From Octopus sinensis (lineage: Eukaryota): a DNA stretch of 64,000 nucleotides. Positions within the stretch are counted from its first letter, which is position 1, and each line of letters begins with the position of its first letter. This document shows positions 1 to 12,487 of this stretch, piece after piece. A program made the translations under genes and the position numbers. A model generated the notes under the pieces. It saw nothing but the letters and a program-made list of their open reading frames with translations. It was not told where the DNA came from and did no database searches. Location of the stretch: positions 37,882,001 to 37,946,000 of the forward strand of contig NC_043015.1 of assembly GCF_006345805.1 (NCBI RefSeq), given 5' to 3'.

Positions 1-3000
1 CTCCTCCACCGACCTCAGGTGAAACAGATGGCTGCTGTTTATTATTCTCTCCCTCCCCCTCGCTCCACACAGGACACACCCCTTTCTCTATCTATCTCTC
101 ACACACACACACACACACACCCGTAGATAAACCTTCTGATTTAAAGATGATATCCAACAGATTAAAAACCCCAGCTTAGAAAGACAACCTCACTATTTAC
201 ATTTCTTTATTATTATTATTATTATTAGTCTATTAAAAACAAGAGCAAAATTCTAACTTTGCTAAAATTACTATTTTATCTTTAAATTTAATTTTATCAA
301 CTCTCACTACTACTACTACTACTGCTGCTGATTTCATCCTTTTTTTGCTTTTTTTCTTTCAATTTTTGGCAGCTCATCATGGTTTTAAGTTCTCTCTCTC
401 CTCTCTCCTCTCTCTCTCGCTCATGTTTTGTCCTCTCTCTCTCTCTTTATTTTCCATCTTCCTTTTTTAGTAAATGACTTTGTCTTCTTTCTCGGCTTCT
501 CTTTGTCCTTCGTTTTCTCTCAAAGGTCTTCTCTTTCTTTCTATTCTCTACTCCTCACGCTTTCTTCTTCTTGGCAAACTTTTTCCCATTTTAGAAAGTG
601 AATTCATATTTTCTAGTTAATTATTATTATTGTTGTGTGTGTGTTTGATTCTAAAAAAAAAAAATCTTTTTTTATATCTCAACATGACAAATGGGTGAGG
701 GGGTGGGTTTCATTTTTAACACCATTTCTTCTTGTCATTCTTCTGGCTTCAACACCACCTCTACACACACACACACACACACACCACCTCTACACACTTG
801 CACTCTCTCATTGCAGACTTTAATCGGGGTGGGAGGGAGGATTATTACAATTAAATACCCCCACCCCATCTGCAGACTGATCTTTGGTGTCTCTTCAACA
901 TCCTATCTTCAAATATAAATCCATGAATCCAGCCCCCCCCCTACAATTGATCGGCAACCATTCACTTCTTCTATTTTCAAGAATCCTAGTTCCCCACCAC
1001 CACCACTCTTACGTTTTTAGCATTTTGAGTTCTTTCTTTCTTTCTTTCTTTCCACCTCTGTTGGCCATTCTTGCATGAGGTTGAGCTCTTGGATTAGACT
1101 GGGGGATGTCTGCATTTAGAACCTGTGGGTGCTGGATGGTTCGGGGTTGTTTGGTTGGTTTGTTTTTTTTTTTTTTTTTTTTATCCCATGGGAACAAAAA
1201 ATATGGTAGTTTTTCTTTTATATATATATATTTATATTTATTTATATATATATATATTAATAGCCGTGAGTTTAATTTATATGTAAAATTCACTGGGGTT
1301 CTTTTGATTTTTGTTTTTTTTTTTAGCATTTTCTTTTTCCTTTCTTCAATCTTACCTTAATAATAATAATAATAATCACTTTTTTCTTCTTGCACTGCCT
1401 AGAGGTTTTTCAGTTCTTTAAAAAAAAAAAAGACATATTTTGAAAGAACCAGCTGAAATCTTTTCCCAAACAACATTGGATGACAAAAAAAAAATATTTG
1501 AAAATAAAAAAAAAACACTACAGTTCCCATAAAAATGTATAAAATGTAAAAGTGAAATTATTAAAGTATATGGTTTTGTAATTAACTGTTGAGTGGTGTT
1601 CCATTTGCCAAGCACACAACTTAATTGGAGGTGTTTACATACATATATTACTTCATTATTATTATTAATATTATTATATTTTTGCTTTAGCAACATAAAA
1701 AAATGAAAAAAAAAAAAAGACCCCCTTTTCTCTCCCATTTTCTCCTCTGCCCCTTCTTTTAAAAGTAATCCGTGTTTCAGCTTTCTTTGGAAAAAAAAAA
1801 TACTTGCAACAACAACAAAAAGCTCTAAAAAAATATGCGAAAACGCCAAAAAAAAAAGGTCCTTCCTGCCCTGTCGCCGCCCCCCTCCCTCTTCCACTGA
1901 AACTCTATCTTACCTCTATTATTATTAATTACTATACGTTCTTTTAACCACAATTTCTCTGAACTAGTTTTAAGCACACCTTTTACTGTTCTATATATAT
2001 ATACACATATATAGTGTCTTAATTCTATATACTTGCTTTTTTTTTTTCCTTTTTTTCTTTTTCACCATTTCATTTTTTCTATCATTTGTGTTCACTTTTC
2101 ATTTAAACTTCTACCTACTACTACTACTACTACTATTGCTAGCCAGCAACAACTGTACTTTTTACTCTTGTCTATTATGACTACTACTACTACTACCACT
2201 ACTACTACTATTACTGTTTACTTCTGTGACCTGATTGCTATTGTATCATTTATTTTTTATTATTATTATTTTTTTTTTTTCTTGTGCTATTAAAACTTCT
2301 TTCAAGTGCTTCTCTCTGTCTTCTCCTCCGTCTGTGCCTATAAAACCATACTCTCTTTCAGCTTCATCTTCTTCCTCCTGCTGCAAAAACTGTTCTCAAC
2401 TTTTCTTCATTCATCCATCAACCGCTGAACTCTACCTACTACTACTACTACCACTACCTGTTCCACTTCATTCCGTTATTTTATTACTACTACTACTACT
2501 CTTCCATGATCTGACCAATTTTCAAAAGTTACAGCAAAATCACTCGATTTTTTTCTACTTCTCTACTACTGTTGCTGCTGCTGCTGCTACTACTATTACT
2601 ACTACTACTACTGTTGTTGCTTCTACTCCACCTTTTTTTCCCCATGCCATCAAATGGGGAAGCGCCAACTTTGAGCTTGTAAATCATTACAATGTTTCTT
2701 TCCTTTGGGTCACTTTCCATTTCTAAATGACCCTTAAACTTAATTATGGTTTTGTTCCCAGAGATTAAAGCAGTAATCCTTTAATATGACAAATTCCCTG
2801 CTTAAAGAGTAAAGCTGACGAGTTGTGTATTTGGAAGACTTACACATGTTGAATCCTCTTCTTGAATCTGATTGGTGCTTCCTCATTCACGGTGCCCTCT
2901 ATTAGGGAAACAAAGTTCCATTCTTTCCTCAGCTACACTTTTTTCCTATGACTTAAGTTTTTTTTTTTTTTTTACTCTTTATTCATCAACTTCTTGCTTC

Positions 3001-5651
3001 ATTATTATTATTATTATTATTTAGAATCTTACCATTTTCAAGCCATTTTCCATCCAAATAGAACTTTTCCTTAGTTGCATTTGTTTGGCAAGTGCTTTAA
3101 TTAGTGGGCTAAAACCTAAAATATTATTAACATTAGATGTTACACACACACACACACACACAAACACACACATTTGTCTATATATATCTTTCCTTACACA
3201 TTTAACATACTCCTATCTCTGGGATGTCAATGACCATACTGTGATACTCAAAAAAAGGAAAAAAGTTAAAAGATCAGAAGTGGAGTATTCCAATTTTTGT
3301 TAAATGACCAGAGCAGGTACTTTCAACAATGAGGCAAATTATATGAAAAGAGGTTTATAAGATTGCAGGCTTAGAAATAGTTGTACATCCAACAGCTGTG
3401 TGTAGTTAGTACAAACAAGTGAAAAACCTAGAATGGTGAGGCGCAGCATCCTGACAGTTTAACTTGGCGGCCAGGTATTTTATCTTTTCCCTTTCAAGAA
3501 CCTTCCCCACCCCCCACAAAAAACATCTGGGTTTTTTTTTTTTTTTACAAGGAATAATTGAACAGTGAAGTGAATTACTGTTATAAACATGAGAATTTTC
3601 GTTTCAAGTTACCTTCTTTTTGAAGGATGGCAAAAACCAATAACCATTTTAATTCTTGATATTGAATAAATTTTTTTAGAGAAAATTTATTCAATGTTAG
3701 ATTTAAAATTACACAACCAAGAAACTTTTTTTTTTTTTCATAAGACTTGGGGAGACGTCTTTTTCCTGTGTTTCCGTGTGTTGCAAATGAACCGTTTTCA
3801 CATTCAAGATATTTTAAATACAAGAACTGGTGACTCCAAGACTAGTGGAAGTCTGCTGTTATCTGGAATTAATTACAAACTTGGTTTTAGACAATATCCC
3901 AAATTTAGACAGGCTTTGACAAATTTAAATTTACATTTGGTGGTCAAGGAAAAGCCTTCCCCCCTCCCCACAAGGATTATCTTTTCCATGTCTACTGGAA
4001 TTAGATCTGAGGTTCACAGTATACCTAGAAGTCTAATATTTTATATCATTACTGGTTGGCAACACCTGAAACCTGTTAACATCCATGACACTCTGTAGAA
4101 GATCAGAGGATCTGAATGTTTAGATATGGCACATTAAAACTTGCTGCGCTCCATGGACCACATGTAGCTTAATTTCTCTGAGCATTGTTTTTGGTTTTGA
4201 TATGATTTTGAGAGAGAAATGCTCTTTGCCACCACAAGTAAAAAAGAGAATGGGTGGGTGGGGTGCATACTGAGAGCCATTCAGCAGAAGAGATCTTGTT
4301 ATGGGTGGGGGAATCAAAAGCCATTTATTTAGCTACATGTTGGCAAAGATATCCCTTTGTGGTGCCCAATGGTTAACATTAAGCCTTGTTAAGGTCTACA
4401 ACCTACCTGGATTTATTGATGCTGATCAAATGTGTAGGAGTGGCAACTAATACCTATATCTTACTGCCATACTTTTAAAAGTGGGCTTTTGTTTTTTAGC
4501 ACTTGATACTTCGCCTTAAAATCAACCAGGTGTCTAAGGAGGAAGAAGTTGATGGGTTACTGAGTCGATTTTATGGTGGGGGTAAGACATTTTAATAAAA
4601 TCAATCCCTTTCAATAGTTAGGGTTCTCAGAAACTTGCTCCAAGAAGTTCACTGCAGCAGGATTTGATTTCGGTGTTTGGTAACCAGACCCATCCAACGC
4701 TCCACATGTGATATATATAACGCCATTGTTTCGTACTCGTACAATACAGCACATGGCCTCTTGGATAGTGTTACAAGCAAGCAGATAAGGGAATTCGTGT
4801 CCTGGTGGTGGTATAAAGATGGCTGAAACAGTAAACTTTTGACATGTTCGATCTAAAGTAGAAGTGGGTGCCACAATGGGGTCCAGATCAAAATGTGCTC
4901 TAGTTCAATGTCGCGTGGTAACGGAACACTTCTGAGACAAACGGTGGAGGAACAACTCTAGGGTGTTTGGTTCCAAATGCTCTTACAAAATTTTTAACTT
5001 GGGTTTGAAGTTACCCCACCCACATGATACAGTTATGACGGAGAAATGAAATCGAAGCTAAGGTTTTGTTGTTTTCCTTACAAAAAGTATTGTAGGCCAC
5101 GCTGGAGGGGAAATTCTTGAGTCGACACAAAATCGCAATTCCTCTTTCCAGAGTCTTCATCTTAAATCTTGTTTCCGCCAGCGTTTGGCCACGTCTGTCG
5201 GCTGCAAACTAAAGATCTTTTTTATATATATAATAGAAGGCTAGTGGTTGTTTTTTCCCCCCCACCGATTGTGCGCCTGTGTCACCGCCGGTCTTCAGCA
5301 CACCCAAGACCCGGCACAGATCCCTCGAGGCCTCCCTTCAGACGCTCAGTAATTCCTGCTGTGCTCTACACTGCATCGGTACTTCTTCCCCAATCAAGTG
5401 TCAGAAAAGTGAAATCCACCTCGGCTGGATTTGAAATAAGAATGTCGTGGTTCGTAACCAAACTGAAGAAGCATCATATGCACGGAATCGATTAAGAATA
5501 AATATTGATTTCGAATCTTGGCACAAGGCCAGCAATTTCGGGGCGAGAAGTAAATCGATTACGAACCCAATGTTCCGTTTGTATTTTATGGATCCAGAAA
5601 GGATTAAAGACAAGGTCGACCTCGGTGCAATTTGAACCCAGGACGTAATTT

Positions 5652-6060
5652 ACATTGCTATTCTCTCAATAGCAATGTTTCGAATGAGAGCATATATCCC
5701 TGCCCTGTAAAATTTTGAGTACTATTCTTTGAGCCACTTCTTCACTACAGTTTTCACTTCCTCATCACTGGAATAAGGTTTGCCTCTTTCATGGGGCCGA
5801 AGAGATGATAGTCTGAAGGCGCTAAATTATTCCAGTGACGAAGAAGTGGTTCAAAGAACAGTCGACAGAATTATACGGAGCAGGAATAATGTCTCATTTG
5901 AAGGTGAAACATTGCTATTGAGAGAAATGGTGACTATGTTGAGAAGTAGGGATGTGATCCACAGAGGACCAGCTTCATTTTGATGTATGATACATGTTCC
6001 TGTGTTGGTAATTATACCTGTCCTAAACAAAATGGCATTATTTTTTGATTCACCCTCGTA
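5652..6060. mobile_element. Fold-back mariner remnant: two inverted copies of the transposase 3' end
   Basis: Minus 5825->5665 reads LAPSDYHLFGPMKE..YSSDEEVKTVVKKWLKE..NIAIER. Plus 5826-5948 reads YSSDEEV..WFKEQST..NIAIERNGDYVEK*. It ends in TIR-like ttattttttgattcaccctcg+TA at about 6060. Confidence 0.8.
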
Positions 6061-6208
6061 TGTCTCTTGAGTCCGAGAACGACAATTCTGCAATTTGTTA
6101 CTAACAAACATCGAATGTTTGTATCGTATATTATTAGCTCACTTCCCCACCATCAAAGTCAACGCTAGCCGTTGTATCGGGTTTCAAGGTGAGATGAAGT
6201 ATTTTGAC

Positions 6209-6280
6209 CGCTCGCACTGGGAATCGACCCCACGTCTCGCGATAGTGAGTGTAACACCCTTAACCAGTGGGCCACGATCC
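6209..6280 (-). mobile_element. tRNA-like SINE head fragment
   Basis: The reverse complement gtggcccactggttaagggtgttacactc...ggggtcgattcccagtgcg has A-box and B-box-like motifs at tRNA spacing. Confidence 0.5.
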
Positions 6281-6831
6281 CTGCCACACATGAATATGTT
6301 TTTTGTTTATTTGACTGCAGCTATGCTGGAACCCCACCTTGTAAGGTTTTAGTTGAACAAATCGGCGTGAGGACTTTAAGGCTTAATTTTAGCGCACCAA
6401 TGCCGATTGTCAAGTGATGATTGGGAGACAGACTCTCATGGATATATATAAAGAACGGAATGGCTCCAGCAGTCAGCGACCATCCAACTGTACACGAGTG
6501 TATGTATGCGCGGGGACATGGAAAATCCTGGGTTGGTGCAATGGGAGTGGGAGGCCACCATGTTATCACAACATCTCAAAAGCTTTGAGAGGAAACCTGT
6601 GGCACTGACAACATTCGATGATGAACGCGAGTTCTTTTAGAGTCTGTTGGTCCATGTTCAGAGAATGGGTTTGGATTTGTGCAAATCCTTTCTCCAAGCG
6701 ATTCACAGGCATCGCTTGGAAAACAAAGTAAGACCTATCACGAAAATGGCTGGTCGTAGCCGTTGCACGCGTGGGACTTTCGATCATACGATGGCAACAC
6801 GAGTTTGCAGCCATCCATAATATATATAATG

Positions 6832-7176
6832 GGCGCAGGAGTGGCTGCGTGGTAAGAAGCTTGCTTCCCAATCACATGGTTCCGGGTTCAGTTCCACTGT
6901 GTGGCACCTTGGGCAAATGTCTTTTACTATAGCCTCCAGTCCTTGTGAGTGGATTTGGTAGACGGAAACTGAAAGAAGCCCATCTTATGTATTCGTGTCT
7001 GTTTGTCCCCCTACCCACCGATGCTGGTGTGTTTACGTCCCCGTATTATTGCGGTTCGGCAAATGAGACCGATAGAATAAGTACTAGGCTTACAAAGTCC
7101 TGAGGTCAGTTTGTTCGACTGAAAGGTGGTGCGGTGCTCCAGCATGGCCGCAGTCAAATGACTGAAACGAGTAAAA
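6832..7176 (+). mobile_element. tRNA-derived SINE family A (CORE-like), near full length
   Basis: Head ggcgcaggagtggctgcgtggtaag..ggttcagttcc, CORE-like gcaccttgggcaaatgtctt, tail ggtgctccagcatggccgcagtcaaatgactgaaac. It matches other copies in the window. Confidence 0.9.
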
Positions 7177-7185
7177 CTATATATA

Positions 7186-7347
7186 TACGATGGGCTACTT
7201 TCAGTTTCTGTCTACCAAATCTACTCACAGGCTTTGGTCAGCCTTGGGCTATATAGTAGAAGACGCCCATTGTGCCACACAGTGGAAGTGAACCCGTATG
7301 CATGTGGTTGGGAAGCAATCTTGTTAGCACACAGCCACGCCTGCGCC
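7186..7347 (-). mobile_element. SINE family A, 5' half, inverted
   Basis: Reverse complement of the family A head and core; ends cagccacgcctgcgcc. Confidence 0.85.
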
Positions 7348-7376
7348 TGACCCAAAGCATAGACAGGCAGACAACA

Positions 7377-7599
7377 GGTATCGAGCTGGCAGAAACGTTA
7401 GCGCGCCGGGCGAAATGCGTAGCCGTATTCGTCTGCCGCTACGTTCTGAGTTCAAATTCCGCCGAGGTCGACTTTACCTTTTATCCTTTCGGGATCGATA
7501 AATTAAGTACCAGTTACACACTGGGGTCGATGTAATCGACTTAATACCTATGTTTGTCCTCTATGTTTAGCCCCTTGTGGGTGGTAAAGAAATAGGTAT
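7377..7599 (+). mobile_element. tRNA-derived SINE family B
   Basis: gagctggcagaaacgttagc..gagttcaaattccgccgaggtcgacttt..atcctttcgggatcgataaattaagtaccag; same family as 8007, 27593, 38437 and 38668. Confidence 0.85.
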
Positions 7600-7929
7600 C
7601 AAGTGAGATTGCGACATATTTGTATGAAAACAACTTTAGGAGAAAAGCAAGAATACGAGAACGGTAGAAAGTTCCGACTGAGCGGAATTCTTAACAGTTG
7701 CGATATAAACAGTCTCGCTCGTGGGACCGAAAGGAAGTCCTGACTGTTATTATGACAGCTTTATAGGTCGATGGCTGTTGTCACGGGTAAATACCTTGGA
7801 AATTATAGAAAAGACACCTTTTGACTTCCTTCTACCATTTTCATGGTTTTTACCTGAGACAATTATTTTCTACCTGACATCATATCAGTACGAGTTCCTA
7901 AGAACATCTGTTGAGATGGATAACCAAAT

Positions 7930-8981
7930 TCTCTGTTAGCTGTCTAGGAACTCCTTCAAATAGGAATTTCAAAATTAAGCGTCCAGCATTTTGAAGCGCT
8001 GTTATTTTTTGTTTTTACTGTCCACAGAGGGGACAGACAAACGGATTAGTCGATTACATTGACCCCAGAGCGTAACTGGTACTTAATTTATCGACCCCCG
8101 AAAGGATGAAAGGCAAAGTCGACCTCGGCGGAATTTGAATTCAGAGCGTAGCGTCAGACGGAATACCGCTGAGCATTTCGCCCGGCGTGCTAACAGTTCT
8201 GCCAGCTCGCCGCCTTAAGAAGCGCTGTTATTGGCACAAGTTTCATTCCAAAAATAGTCGATGTTCTCAATGAAGATGATTCAGACCAAACGGTTTTGCG
8301 AGTGGAACTTGGCAGGGTAAACTTTCCAACAAAGATTATTTGGCGTGACGAGGCTTACATCTGAATTAAATGGCTCAGTTAATCGCCCCAATTGCGTCTG
8401 CTGGGGATCTGAGAACCTGCATATTATGGAGAAATCATGTTAATTTACAATGAGCTGCAGTAGGGGCGGTTTACCATCAAAAAGATTAATGGACCATTCT
8501 TTTCCCACAGTTCTGTGACTGGCTCCCAATCACTTGAACTTGCTGCGGCAATCTGTCATACCAAGCATTCAAGAAAAGATTTAGGATGTATGATTTATTT
8601 CTAGCTACATGGGGTATCCCCATGCTACCTTAGTAAGGTTAAAAACCTGTCTTGATTAGATTTCGTCATATAGGTGGATTGAACGAAAAGTTTAGTACAA
8701 TATCCGGTGTGTTCTCCAGACATCAAGCAATTAGACCCTCTTTTACGGGGATGCTTAAAAAAAAACCCGGCAACAGTTGAATAAGAATGCGCAGAATATC
8801 GGACGAAATGTTTCTTGGAGTTTACGATTTCTTTACTTTGCGTTGTTATCATCAGTTTGAAAACTGGCGTTCATAGCAAAATAAAATTCTGTCGGCAGAT
8901 TCTAGTAAATTTCCAGAATGATTTTATTTAATACTGACTTAATCGTTCAATGACAGTATACACTTTTTCGGGGACACCCTA
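7930..8981 (+). mobile_element. Decayed IS630-Tc1-mariner transposase (DD37D/DD41D-like), interrupted by a SINE
   Basis: Frameshifted motifs IIWRDEA (~8336), NGSVNRPNCVCWGSENLH (~8368), GPFF (~8491) and SPDIKQLDPLLRGCL (~8713, cf. SPDL.PLDF.LWG.LK). Right end is TIR-like cactttttcggggacaccct. Left boundary uncertain. Confidence 0.75.
8007..8216 (-). mobile_element. SINE family B with 14-bp target-site duplication
   Basis: Reverse complement of family B; identical flanking direct repeat gaagcgctgttatt at 7993-8006 and 8219-8232. Confidence 0.9.
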
Positions 8982-9035
8982 TGAGTATGTGCGCGCGTGT
9001 GTATATATATATATATAGATATATATATATATTAG

Positions 9036-9076
<41 letters not shown>

Positions 9077-9078
<2 letters not shown>

Positions 9079-9440
9079 CGCAGGAGTGGCTGTGTGGTAA
9101 GTAGCTTGCTAACCAACCACATGGTTCCGGGTTCAGTCCCACTGCGTGGCATCTTGGGAAAGTGTCTTCTGCTATAGCCCCGGACCGACCAATGCCTTGT
9201 GAGTGGATTTCGTAGACGGAAACTGAAAGAAGCCTGTCGTATATATGTGTGTTTGTCCCCCTAGCATTGCTTGACAACCGATGCTGGTGTGTTTGCGTCC
9301 CCGTCACTTAGCGGTTCGGCAAAGGAGACCAATAGAATAAGTACTGGGCTTACAAAGAATAAGTCCCGGGGTCGATTTGCTCGACTAAAGGCGGTGCTCC
9401 AGCATGGCCGCAGTCAAATGATTGAAATGAGTAAAAGAGT
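9077..9440 (+). mobile_element. SINE family A, full length, in (TA)n
   Basis: Complete head, core and tail; TA repeats on both sides. Confidence 0.92.
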
Positions 9441-9561
9441 ATATATGTATGTGTGTGTACACATATGTGCATATATATATATATAATATTAGGGAATAAA
9501 TTATTATTCCAACCTTGCAGGTAAAATTCAGTATAATACATATTAGACCGAATTTCGTAAT

Positions 9562-9660
9562 ATATATGTATATAATTTATTAAGAGACGAACCACCATTC
9601 CACAACTCAGTTGACCGAGTTGTGAAATGGTGGTTCATCTCTAAAGTAGTTATATATATA
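9562..9660. repeat. ~100-bp palindrome (hairpin/MITE-like)
   Basis: gagacgaaccaccattccacaactc pairs with gagttgtgaaatggtggttcatctc (2 mismatches), and the AT-rich flanks extend the symmetry. Confidence 0.75.
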
Positions 9661-9712
9661 AACAAAACAAGAACATAACAGGCGACAACAAAACACCCGG
9701 ACAGTTAGATGA

Positions 9713-9960
9713 TACATAAAAAGGACGGGTCATTCGGAGCTTTCCTTTCGTCAGTCGAGTTGCAGTTTCGGCCGGTTACACTCGGGACTGCTCCAATCTG
9801 GTCGGCCACGAGAAAATCGAAGCTAATAGCACTTGGGAGAAAGCAAGCGAGTGTATACCAAATGAACAATCTCGAGTGTAACCGGCCGAAACTTGTAACG
9901 ACGATCTGGAACTCGACCGACGAAAGGAAAGCTCCGAATGACCTGTCCTTTTTTGTGGCG
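9713..9960. mobile_element. MITE-like element with ~75-90-bp inverted arms
   Basis: aaaaaggacgggtcattcggagctttcctttcgtcagtcgagtt..gtttcggccggttacactcg is mirrored by cgagtgtaaccggccgaaac..aactcgaccgacgaaaggaaagctccgaatgacctgtccttttt. There is one ~15-bp indel and TA on the right flank. Confidence 0.8.
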
Positions 9961-9986
9961 TACGTACACTTTTGGTCTCCTAAATG

Positions 9987-10017
<31 letters not shown>

Positions 10018-10471
10018 GGAACCAGTCGCAGTATCGTTAAGAATAAAATGTCTATTTAATCCTTCAGACGATAAAATTGCGCCATGCTGTAACTCCTGTA
10101 TGTATATATATATATACATATGTATATATATATATAGATGTATATATTAATGTATATACATACACACACACTCACACATGTAATATATATTTCAAAGTTA
10201 TGTATCAATGTGACGCAGATAGTGTGAGAGAGAGAAAGAGAGAACAGTTAATCTATATCTATAACTGATTTCTGAAACACCAAACGTGTTCACACTTGTC
10301 TAACACATCCTGACGATCAGTCGTTGAAACGAAGGCCGAACAGCAAGCAATAAATAAGTCCACTGCGAACTACAAAGCTACGTGTACCAAGTTCTTAGCT
10401 GTGGGTATCCTGGACGATGCTGGTGTGTAGCAACAATACACACAGCTGGATAGCAGTAATGGCCACTTTAT

Positions 10472-10505
<34 letters not shown>

Positions 10506-10795
10506 GGGAGGAACGAGGATTGTGTGTATGAATTGTTTTTCTTTGTTTTTCACTCTCCTGTTCGGTTATTGAATGTATTTAAAGTGAGTTCGATCTTTCA
10601 GATAACAAAACCACTTACTGAATACGTATCAATTTCCAGGCGTTCGATAGATTTCTATTTGTTTTTTTTTGTTCATTTTTTCTCTCCTTTTTTCTTATTG
10701 TTCAATTATGATGCACGTAGGTGTCCAACAAGTAAATGCAATGCTTGTATAGTTATATATACATATACATGCATACATATATATATATATGTATG

Positions 10796-10850
<55 letters not shown>

Positions 10851-10986
10851 AAATACATAGGCACGCATAATATATATATATATCCCGACTTTTTCAATAG
10901 TGTTGTCGGTGGTAGATGTTGGGTGATAAATAGACACACACACTAGTATGTATATATATATATATGTGTGTGTGTATGCGTATGTG

Positions 10987-12271
10987 TGAAGGTTCATCAA
11001 AAATTATACGCAATCTTGTTTCTGTAATTCATTAAAAGAAAATCCGGGGTTGAACAATTCCCTCATTTTCCGAAATGGCCTCCTTGCTTTTCGATGTATT
11101 TCAGCGGTCCAAAAGCTTGCTTCTTCTTCCACAGGAGAAGAAGGTTTCGGCTGGTCGTGCAGCCATTTAGGCACTTCTTTCTGCTCCTTTCCGTCTGTAG
11201 CAAATTGGCGACCTCGAAAAGGATGATTGAAACGCTCCAAAGAGGTGATAGTCCGAAGGGGCCGGATCTGGATTCGATGCAAGGTGTTCCGGCATCTTGA
11301 AACCCAGCATTTCAATTGTTTCGACATTTTGGGCGGCTGCGTGTGGGCAATAACATCTTTATCAACAGACTTCGGTGTTTGGTGTGAATTGCTGGTTTCA
11401 GTTTGTGGCCAGCATTTCACTGTAGCCTACACTACTGACTGGTGACCCCTTTTTCCAGGAATAGGCCTTTTTGATCCCCACTGCCGCTAAAAGAAAAAAA
11501 CTAGTTAGTATTACTTTTTCTGCGGAAAGTTGAGTCTGGGATTTCTTTTTTACAAGCGATTCCGAATATTCCCACTCCATACTCTACCTTTTGGATTCTG
11601 GCTCAAAGTCACGGACCCAGGTTTCATTTCTTATGACTATTCTCTCCGGAAAATCTTCGCTTTCTCGTTGCAGCGGTCAAGAGGGCTGATCAACACACGT
11701 TTGCGCTTACACGCTTCGGTAAGCTCTCTTGGCACTTTTCGCACAGACTTCACAGAAGTAAAACTTATGGATGATTTCGTATGCAGATCCATGACTGACT
11801 TGCAGAGGTCGTTCCACTTCATCGATGCTCGCTCGTCGCTTCGCCAGGAGCATCGGTAAAGCTGGTCGAATCTCTAAGTCAGTGGTGAAAGTTGATGGGC
11901 GGCCTTGCTCACTGTTCAGGCTTCACACTCGCTTGTCCGGCCATTGTTGAACTTCTCCGCTAATACTTCGATCCGACAGAACTTTGTCCCCGTATTGTTC
12001 AGAAAGCCTGGAACGAATTCCAGCCCTGTCACCCCCCAACCAGGCCAAAGAAATAGGATCCACTGCTCTCTGTTGTTCTTGGTACACACCACAAGCAGAG
12101 GGACCATATTTATTCTATAATACAAGAAAACCGAAGTGTTTAAGCTCAAATCTCAGTTACGTAACCACAAAAGTACCATGTTTTAGCGAGAAGAGAAAAG
12201 GCAGCGAAGGGGAAAAGCTAAAGAAAGTCGTGGTTTGGCGATAAACGCGGATAATTTTTTACTTGCCTTTG
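10987..12271 (-). mobile_element. Full-length decayed mariner (DD34D, irritans-like)
   Basis: About 1.29 kb between degenerate TIRs (gaaggttcatcaaaaattatacgc vs rc aaaggcaagtaaaaaattatccgc). Frameshifted motifs RKVPRELT (WVPREL), NETWVRDFEPESKR*SMEW, SAEKVILT, PDPAPSDYHLFG and KWLHDQPK. Confidence 0.85.
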
Positions 12272-12487
12272 TGTTTGTGTGTATGTTTGTATGTATATAT
12301 TTATATATGTATATACGCGCACACACATACACACACACATGACAGAAGTAAATAGACACCTTTATTATCATTGTTCTCTCGCGGAATTTCTTGCCAAGTT
12401 TCATGCTGTAATCTCAAAAGATCTGGCTTTGAGGCTGCTTTCTTGTTCCTTTTATGAAGTCTCCTGTCCATTATGTCCCAGAAGTGT

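Noticed and set aside
1007-1150. Possible minus-strand exon ending at AAC|GTAAGA (GT at 1012-1011)
   Set aside because: Donor-like only, with no recognisable protein or clear acceptor; it cannot be supported without transcripts.
6832-6900. tRNA genes at SINE heads (also 6209-6280, 9077 and 62875)
   Set aside because: A/B boxes are present but there is no complete cloverleaf, and most continue into SINE bodies.
10300-10345. ctgacga...gaaac hammerhead-like motif
   Set aside because: No convincing stem II, stem III or stem I pairing.
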